Shown: piece by piece, positions 1 to 5,284 of the stretch
Layout: every line of letters starts with the position of its first letter
Numbering within the stretch: the stretch's first letter is position 1
DNA from: Rotaria sp.
Taxonomy: Eukaryota
DNA length: 5,284 nucleotides
NCBI GenBank assembly: GCA_905331535.1
Contig: CAJNZB010000017.1
Location: 853,603-858,886, forward strand
Direction: 5' to 3'
Translations under genes and position numbers: made by a program
Notes under the pieces: model-generated
Database searches by the model: none
Seen by the model: the letters and a program-made list of their open reading frames with translations, nothing else
What the model was told of the DNA's origin: nothing

Positions 1-756
1 AATTTTCATTGCACGCTGGATTCAGATCGTTTATGCGCCTATACAAGTTGGTGAAAACTACAGTGCATTGATACAGCAGTAAGAGGGTGTGGGTGTGTGT
101 AGATTTTGGTGCAAATGTGAGTGTTGGTAGCAGTGCGTGAATGCAAATGTGGATATGAGTGCAAGTTTGATTGTGGGCGGGTGCGACTATGAATGTGGGT
201 TTGGGAGATGCGGTGGCTGTAAATGTCCATCATTTCTTTGTCCACTCACACCCACACCTCTGCCGCGAAGGCGAGTGTCCGAGAAATATTTGCCGCAGGG
301 GAGCAGGTATCATGGGAACAAGTGTCCCGAGAGCAACTGTCGCGGAAGCATCTGTTATGAAATCAAAAAAAGGACCGCGAAAAATTGTTCACTGTCTAGA
401 GCAAGGAGATGTTCACATTAGAGAAAGAGGCATTTACAGCAAAAATCGCTTTGTCGAACCTAAAACCATTCATAAGTAACAGGTATTTACTAGTAGAAGT
501 TTTGGTATAGTTTAAAAGTATCATTCAACGCAAAGATTATAACTTTAATCATCATTCTATGTATAATGGCTGGGTCATCGATGTATAAATAAATATTTTA
601 GTCTAAAAATCAGTGGCAGCTCGATCAGGGAGAGATGTAACAATCTTCTCTTTACCAATGGTGGGAAATTTGTATTTTCTTTCAACAGAATAACCTATGT
701 CTGCTCTTTTTCAGCAACTGCGTCGTATTTTAATCGTAACTAGATTTGACTGAGTT

Positions 757-773
757 GCAATTCAATCGTAATC
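757..773 (+). repeat. 17-bp direct repeat copy 1 (GCAATTCAATCGTAATC)
   Basis: Exact match to 1966-1982. Confidence 0.85.
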
Positions 774-1073
774 GAAAGCATAGAGAAATTCTGTTGTTGC
801 ATTCTGTTAGATGGAAGGCATTCTCTATTTGCAAAAAGCTGTGGCACTCCTGTCAACTTCAAATTTCGGATGCTTCGAGTCACTATTGTTAAAAGCATTT
901 GTTTAGCTTTTTTCTTCTTACCTTCTTGTTCTTTTATTTTTCTCTCTCTCGCACATTCTGTAGTTGCATTTTTTCAGGATTCATATTTGTTACACACAAA
1001 AAATTACTTCATTCATTTTATATACTTTTGTTTTCACGGTCTAGTTAAATATATACTTTGACAAATAACAATC

Positions 1074-1457
1074 ATGGCTTTACCACTAAATATGACATTA
1101 ACAGTTTCATGTAACATATCCGAAGAAGATTCAGGACCAACAATTGTTCACAGTACAGGTGTCCAAAATTATCGTATTCATCCTGGGCTTATTCAAATTT
1201 TACAAGGCGCATTTGGAAATGAAAGATTACGTGATCATAAAGAAGGTGTTGAATGTGATGATCCACCAGCACAGGTTGTTGAAGCATTTAGAAATGCTGG
1301 GTTTTCTGTACAAGGTACATCAGAATCTAGTAATCGTAAAATATGGATGTTAACAAAAAAAAGTGGAGATGGTAATGATGGTGGCGGTGACGGAGGCGAG
1401 CCAGAACCAGAACCAGAACCTGAACCGGAACCCGAAGAAGATGAAGGAGAAGAGTAA
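1074..1457 (+). CDS. GCHFR: GTP cyclohydrolase I feedback regulatory protein (GFRP)-like, with Gly-rich/(EP)n/acidic C-terminal tail, 127 aa, single exon
   Basis: Complete ORF from ATG (context acaatcATGG, A at -3 and G at +4) to TAA at 1455-1457. The protein core 'SGPTIVHS...HPGLIQILQGAFGNERLRDHKEGVECDDPPAQVVEAFRNAGFSVQGTSESSNRKIWMLTKK' follows the recalled mammalian GFRP pattern 'VGPTMVGD...DPELMQ.LGA......N.....DDPP.IVLDKLE.RGFRVLSMTG.....WCLHKE'. Synonymous codon mixing in the tail supports real coding. Assignment is from memory of the family; no search was run. Confidence 0.68.
   Translation: MALPLNMTLTVSCNISEEDSGPTIVHSTGVQNYRIHPGLIQILQGAFGNERLRDHKEGVECDDPPAQVVEAFRNAGFSVQGTSESSNRKIWMLTKKSGDGNDGGGDGGEPEPEPEPEPEPEEDEGEE
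1398..1433 (+). repeat. (Glu-Pro)6 coding microrepeat in the tail of the GFRP-like protein
   Basis: Direct reading: gag cca gaa cca gaa cca gaa cct gaa ccg gaa ccc = EPEPEPEPEPEP, preceded by GDGNDGGGDGG and followed by EEDEGEE. Confidence 0.9.
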
Positions 1458-1557
1458 ACTCGATCATTAAAATTGATTTGAAAAAAACAACAACAAAGAC
1501 TTCTTATATTCCTTTTTACCTAAATCGAAGTGTAAAAGAAAAAAACACACTTTCTTC

Positions 1558-1563
1558 AATAAA
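1558..1563 (+). terminator. Candidate polyadenylation signal AATAAA for the GFRP-like gene
   Basis: AATAAA about 100 nt downstream of the TAA stop. Motif only. Confidence 0.45.
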
Positions 1564-1965
1564 CTATATATGAATGACGAATATACCGTTGATTTTCAGA
1601 AAGATCGAGTTACATTCGTGATAAAACGCTCGTTTAAAACATAATCATTGTCTCACTATTATTCAGATGAATATTTTTTGTAATTTCTGAGATAATTAAA
1701 GTTTTTTGTGAAGGAAAGAGAGAATTTGAAGACAGCAGCTTCTTTCGATTGGATTTAGTCGGATCGATTTTCGAAAATAGTGAGTAATATACGGGATGAC
1801 TTTATTATTCACCAGAATTCTATGATAGATTTTTTCGGGTTCACTCTCAAAAGAGATTCAGTCTTTGTACAGAGAACAGAGATATTTAAGAGAGTTTTTT
1901 TTTACACATATAGTTCATATTAATAAAGATTTACGCATGTCGTCTTTTTTTTTCGCAAATGTGCC

Positions 1966-1982
1966 GCAATTCAATCGTAATC
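1966..1982 (+). repeat. 17-bp direct repeat copy 2 (GCAATTCAATCGTAATC)
   Basis: Exact match to 757-773. Confidence 0.85.
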
Positions 1983-2292
1983 AAATACATGAGTAATTAC
2001 TTCTTGATTCTCCACATCTCTAAATAAATATTTGTTGAATTTCAAACACTATATAAAAATTTTTCACATTGGTTGATCAATATTCGTAACTATCTGATAT
2101 ATAATTGTAGTTATTTAATATCTATTCAGAGCTATTTATTTTCTTGAATGTCTTTAAGTGATTAGCTATTTAATCATTAGCACTATTTAATTTTTACTCG
2201 GTTACTTATTTATTCTAATGGATTTGTTTCGAGGAAGAAGCATGAAAATTGAAAATAATTCGATCGACAGCTATCTAACCTCAAGTACTATT

Positions 2293-2308
2293 TTATGAAT
2301 ATTCATAA
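2293..2308. repeat. 16-bp perfect palindrome TTATGAATATTCATAA
   Basis: Direct reading; self-reverse-complementary. Confidence 0.85.
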
Positions 2309-3238
2309 CTATATGAATAAGAAGAGAGAATATCATGGAATTGTTCTGTTGTTTAAGTTGAGACCTATTGAAATATAATATTGAATGTTCAAATCGAATT
2401 CGAAAAAAATAAGTTTAGAACTATCTTGAAAATGATGCGTTAGTCAGAATTGAGTAATATAAAATTAGAATACTAAAAGAACAGAAAAATACATAAACAA
2501 ATATTCTATACAGCATATTTACTGTTATTTTTTCTTTCAATAACAATGATTAATTTGGTAATTGTATTTGCATAACATTAATATTGCTCAAGAGTAACCA
2601 TTATCAATGTAGGGCAAAATATAGTTTTCCCGGTTAGAGTTTTTTTTTCATAACAGGTCATTTGAAAGTATATTTTAAATTAAAATATAATTCTTTCAGT
2701 AAGTGAGACCACAGCTTTTCTATTGAAAATCCAAGTAAAACTTTGATATCTCACGAATGAAGGCCCAAAAAAGCAAACAAATCTAGACTTTTCTATTATT
2801 CATCAGTACTCATCAAATAAATATCGTTCCGATTGAAAAGCGATGTGACACTTGGAGAGGTTCTCTCGTCAGATGAAAGGTATTTATTTTTCGTATTCTT
2901 TACAATTGAATGGATTTAAAATATTAGTCCGTGTTATTTTTATATGTACTTCTAAAACTTCATTCATTGATACAAGAAACATTAAAAAAGAAACAGAAAT
3001 GCTTCATATGAAAGAAAAGTTTTTTTTTTAGTTATACAAAATAGCATGCAAATAATAGATGTAGAATAATATGCATTCTCGATAATCAGTATATTTGTTT
3101 TTTACTTGAATCAAATAGTATTGTATTTATTTGACCATATTAAAGAAATTAAAGTACATACGTAAAGATATCATATTCTGTATTATTTATTGAGTAACAT
3201 ATATATTATTGTTTACTATATCGTATATTTTAATCATT

Positions 3239-3252
3239 ATTCAACGTTGAAT
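3239..3252. repeat. 14-bp perfect palindrome ATTCAACGTTGAAT
   Basis: Direct reading; self-reverse-complementary. Confidence 0.85.
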
Positions 3253-3521
3253 GTTAATATATCAAACTCAATCTTTTGAACGCAACAGATCAAACGATAA
3301 ATACAAAGGTTTATTCGAAATTGAGAAAATGTTAAGAGAACTTCAGTTTTCTTATATCGTTTCACTTTGCTAGTAATCGAAATCATGATTGTAAAACAAA
3401 AAAAAAAAGAACTTATTACAAATGGTTTCTTCAATAAAAACAAAGTTACAAAAATATTTGTTTGTATTTTTTCGTTATAAAATTGGTTGTTACTAATAAA
3501 AGAAATTATTTTTCAACGTAT

Positions 3522-3527
3522 TTTATT
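3522..3527 (-). terminator. Candidate polyadenylation signal AATAAA (- strand)
   Basis: tttatt on the + strand, about 136 nt downstream of the - strand stop at 3663. Motif only. Confidence 0.3.
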
Positions 3528-3662
3528 TTTGAAAATAAAGAAAAGAAAAATTTATAAATATTTAAAATAGAAAAAAGAAATACAAAATTAATTCTTGATT
3601 TCATTTTAAGGAAGATAAGTATATCACTCGGTATTTTGTATTGAAAAATCAATGTTTCATGT

Positions 3663-4264
3663 TCAAGTTGAAAATAGAACACCTGTTATAGCCATTTTTT
3701 GAAGAGCTGAAATTAAATATTCATTTGCATGTGCATAATCCGTTGGTTCTGGTCCATGATTAGCACATTGTGTACTAATTTTAATAAAACGTTGTAATGT
3801 TGTATATGCTTGTTCATCAGACCAAAAATTTGAACCCTTAGTTAATGGTAATACAGATGAATTTATTGGATTTGTTGTTTTTGTTGTTGTTAAAAGTACT
3901 AATGGTGAACATTCATTAAGAATAAAATATGTTAAAATATGTTGCCAAACAGAATCAACAAATACTGGCTTTGATGAAGTTATTGGTGAACGTGTTTTTG
4001 ATAATGAATTATAAACATAATGATGAAGAATTTCAATAATTAAATAATCAATTAATGATATTTGACGTTGAAGAAGAAGACGTTTAGCTGTTAATGTTGG
4101 TCGAAGTGAAAGAGTAATTGTAGTAGGTGTTTCAGATGAATATGTATGATGAAAATATACGGTTTTATTTTTAGCAATTAAATATTGAACTGCATGTTGT
4201 AAAGATTGACCAATTAGACGATACGGTTGAATTTCAAGCATCTGTGCTACAATTGCTGGCGATA
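3663..4264 (-). CDS. Terminal coding exon of an unidentified protein (201 codons incl. stop; possible C-terminal extension of the RdRP-like gene)
   Basis: Open frame continues upstream of the tracked ATG at 4241: TA|TCG CCA GCA ATT GTA GCA CAG ATG CTT..., directly preceded by a strong acceptor on the - strand (ttcaacttttttgtttttcag). Translation SPAIVAQMLEIQPYRLIGQSLQHAVQYLIAKNK...ALQKMAITGVLFST ends at TGA (3665-3663). It is long for this AT content, with a balanced amino-acid composition. Confidence 0.7.
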
Positions 4265-4285
4265 CTGAAAAACAAAAAAGTTGAA
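4265..4285 (-). other. 3' splice site with polypyrimidine tract (aacttttttgtttttcag|TA)
   Basis: The - strand reading of 'ctgaaaaacaaaaaagttgaa' gives ttcaacttttttgtttttcag. The exon resumes in the phase needed by the 3663-4264 ORF. Confidence 0.6.
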
Positions 4286-4838
4286 TTTATTTTTGAAACA
4301 TTCGTAATTTAAAATTTCAATTTAACAAGTAGTAAGCTTCAAGTTAATCACATGCGCAGATCAATGTTTAACTCTAACTAAATTCAGCTTATCATTCTAT
4401 CTAAACTAACGATCATATGAGAAATGATGATTCTGTAAAGTATAGAAATACAATAATTAATAACTCAACTAAAAATAAATTCGATATGATAATATATATT
4501 TCATAATATTATAAAACTTTTTTTTTGTTTGAAATTGATTTTGAGTTGGAAACTATAAAACTTATGAAATTGAGTAGATGAATTAAACATTTCATCATCA
4601 AACATTGTTCGGTTCACTCATTCTCAAAATCTGTCGGGTTCATTTTAAACTCAGTAAAGTTTGGGTTCAAAAATTTTGGAACCGACGCGCTCTATTCACA
4701 ATAAAATTTTATTACCATTTCATGTTGCACGTTTGTTCGCGCTACCATCCCTATACTATGGTAGAATGACGTTTACGGGAAATCCGATTACTTAAATATC
4801 AAACTATCGCCAGTTGATTGTCGGTATATAAGCGATTC

Positions 4839-4856
4839 TGTGTCATTACTGACACA
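4839..4856. repeat. Hairpin TGTGTCA-TTAC-TGACACA
   Basis: Perfect 7-bp stem with a 4-nt loop. Confidence 0.8.
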
Positions 4857-5087
4857 TACCGCATATATGACGAAAATAAATACGAAACGGCATACTGAAG
4901 GTGTTTTGTATGATTTGTTAATTAAAATCTTATCTTATTCTTTAATTATTCAGTTATCCTATAAAAACTTTTCGTCTTAATAAATAATTGAAATATTCAA
5001 TTAAACTAAAAACGAAACTATCCAACATGTAAAGGTTAGACTGAATAAAATAATCTTATTCTATTAATAAGTTAATCTTATTCTTCA

Positions 5088-5093
5088 ACTTAC
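5088..5093 (-). other. 5' splice site GTAAGT
   Basis: acttac on the + strand. It lies directly after the RdRP-like coding segment and splits codon T|GT (phase 1). Confidence 0.65.
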
Positions 5094-5284
5094 ATAATTT
5101 TGTTTGTTTTTTAATATTTAATTTTCGTGTTTCAATTAATAATGGTGCAAATAACCATGGTAAACTTAAAATTCGTCTAGCATGACTTGTATCATTATAA
5201 CAGACTATATATAAAGCACTTGCTTTAGCCATTTTTCTTTCCATACATTGTGCACAAGTCGAATGACAACGACGTAAATTATAT
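5094..5284 (-). CDS. Partial exon, C-terminal portion of an RDR-type (QDE-1/RDR/EGO-1 superfamily) RNA-dependent RNA polymerase-like protein
   Basis: The frame is open to the window edge: YNLRRCHSTCAQCMERKMAKASALYIVCYNDTSHARRILSLPWLFAPLLIETRKLNIKKQTKL(T|). It resembles the recalled plant RDR C-terminal pattern 'KASAWYHVTYHP...MLSFPWIAADYLARIK'. It ends at a perfect GTAAGT donor on the - strand (5093-5088). Confidence 0.55.

Noticed and set aside
1-54. Possible C-terminal end of an upstream + strand gene (NFHCTLDSDRLCAYTSW*)
   Set aside because: Too short. At least two + frames are open at the edge and neither gives a recognisable motif.
39-245. - strand ORF of 68 aa rich in His/Thr/Ser
   Set aside because: Translation of the low-complexity GT-rich tract; repetitive HIHSRT-type composition without a domain.
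870-1061. + strand ORF of 63 aa (MLRVTIVKSICLAFFFLPSCSF...)
   Set aside because: Hydrophobicity arises from T-rich runs including tctctctctc. No motif, and it sits in the likely promoter/5' UTR of the GFRP-like gene.
1144-1353. + strand ORF of 69 aa overlapping the GFRP-like ORF
   Set aside because: Alternative frame entirely inside the better-supported CDS; no independent evidence.
3398-3408. A11 run (also T runs near 3020 and 1900) as a retroposon poly(A) tail
   Set aside because: No target-site duplications or adjacent reverse-transcribed gene sequence; homopolymers are common in such AT-rich DNA.
3411-3425. Spliced-leader-like sequence (acttattacaaatgg)
   Set aside because: Only superficially similar to the remembered bdelloid SL (GGCTTATTACAACTTACC...). 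It lacks the leader start and the donor site.
3237-3443. - strand ORF of 68 aa (MFLLKKPFVISSFFFCF...)
   Set aside because: Low-complexity, AT-driven composition with no recognisable domain; likely spurious.
4661-4683. tRNA-like B box (GGGTTCAAAAAT)
   Set aside because: Does not match GGTTCGANTCC, and no A box or cloverleaf could be built around it.
4723-5027. Possible solo-LTR-like block TGTTG...CAACA (305 bp) with an internal TATATAAG
   Set aside because: The 5-bp terminal inverted repeats look LTR-like, but the flanks (…ttca / tgta…) do not form a target-site duplication and no LTR family could be recognised. Not supportable without a multicopy check.

Overview
This is an AT-rich eukaryotic window, probably from a small invertebrate genome. 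A bdelloid rotifer is my best guess, inferred only from style and gene content. Two loci are supportable. (1) An intronless + strand ORF at 1074-1457 encodes a protein resembling the GTP cyclohydrolase I feedback regulatory protein (GFRP/GCHFR) family, with an added Gly-rich, (EP)6 and acidic C-terminal tail. (2) On the - strand, a partial exon at 5094-5284 carries a peptide (KASALYIVCY...RRILSLPWLFAPLLIETRK) resembling the C-terminal region of eukaryotic RDR-type RNA-dependent RNA polymerases. It ends at a perfect GTAAGT donor. A 201-codon - strand terminal exon (3663-4264) with a good acceptor and matching phase may be its continuation, but a competing 53-bp intron model exists. The space between is AT-rich, largely noncoding sequence with small palindromes, short dispersed repeats and a TATA/hairpin cluster inside the possible long intron. 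I found no convincing RNA genes, CRISPR arrays or intact mobile elements.
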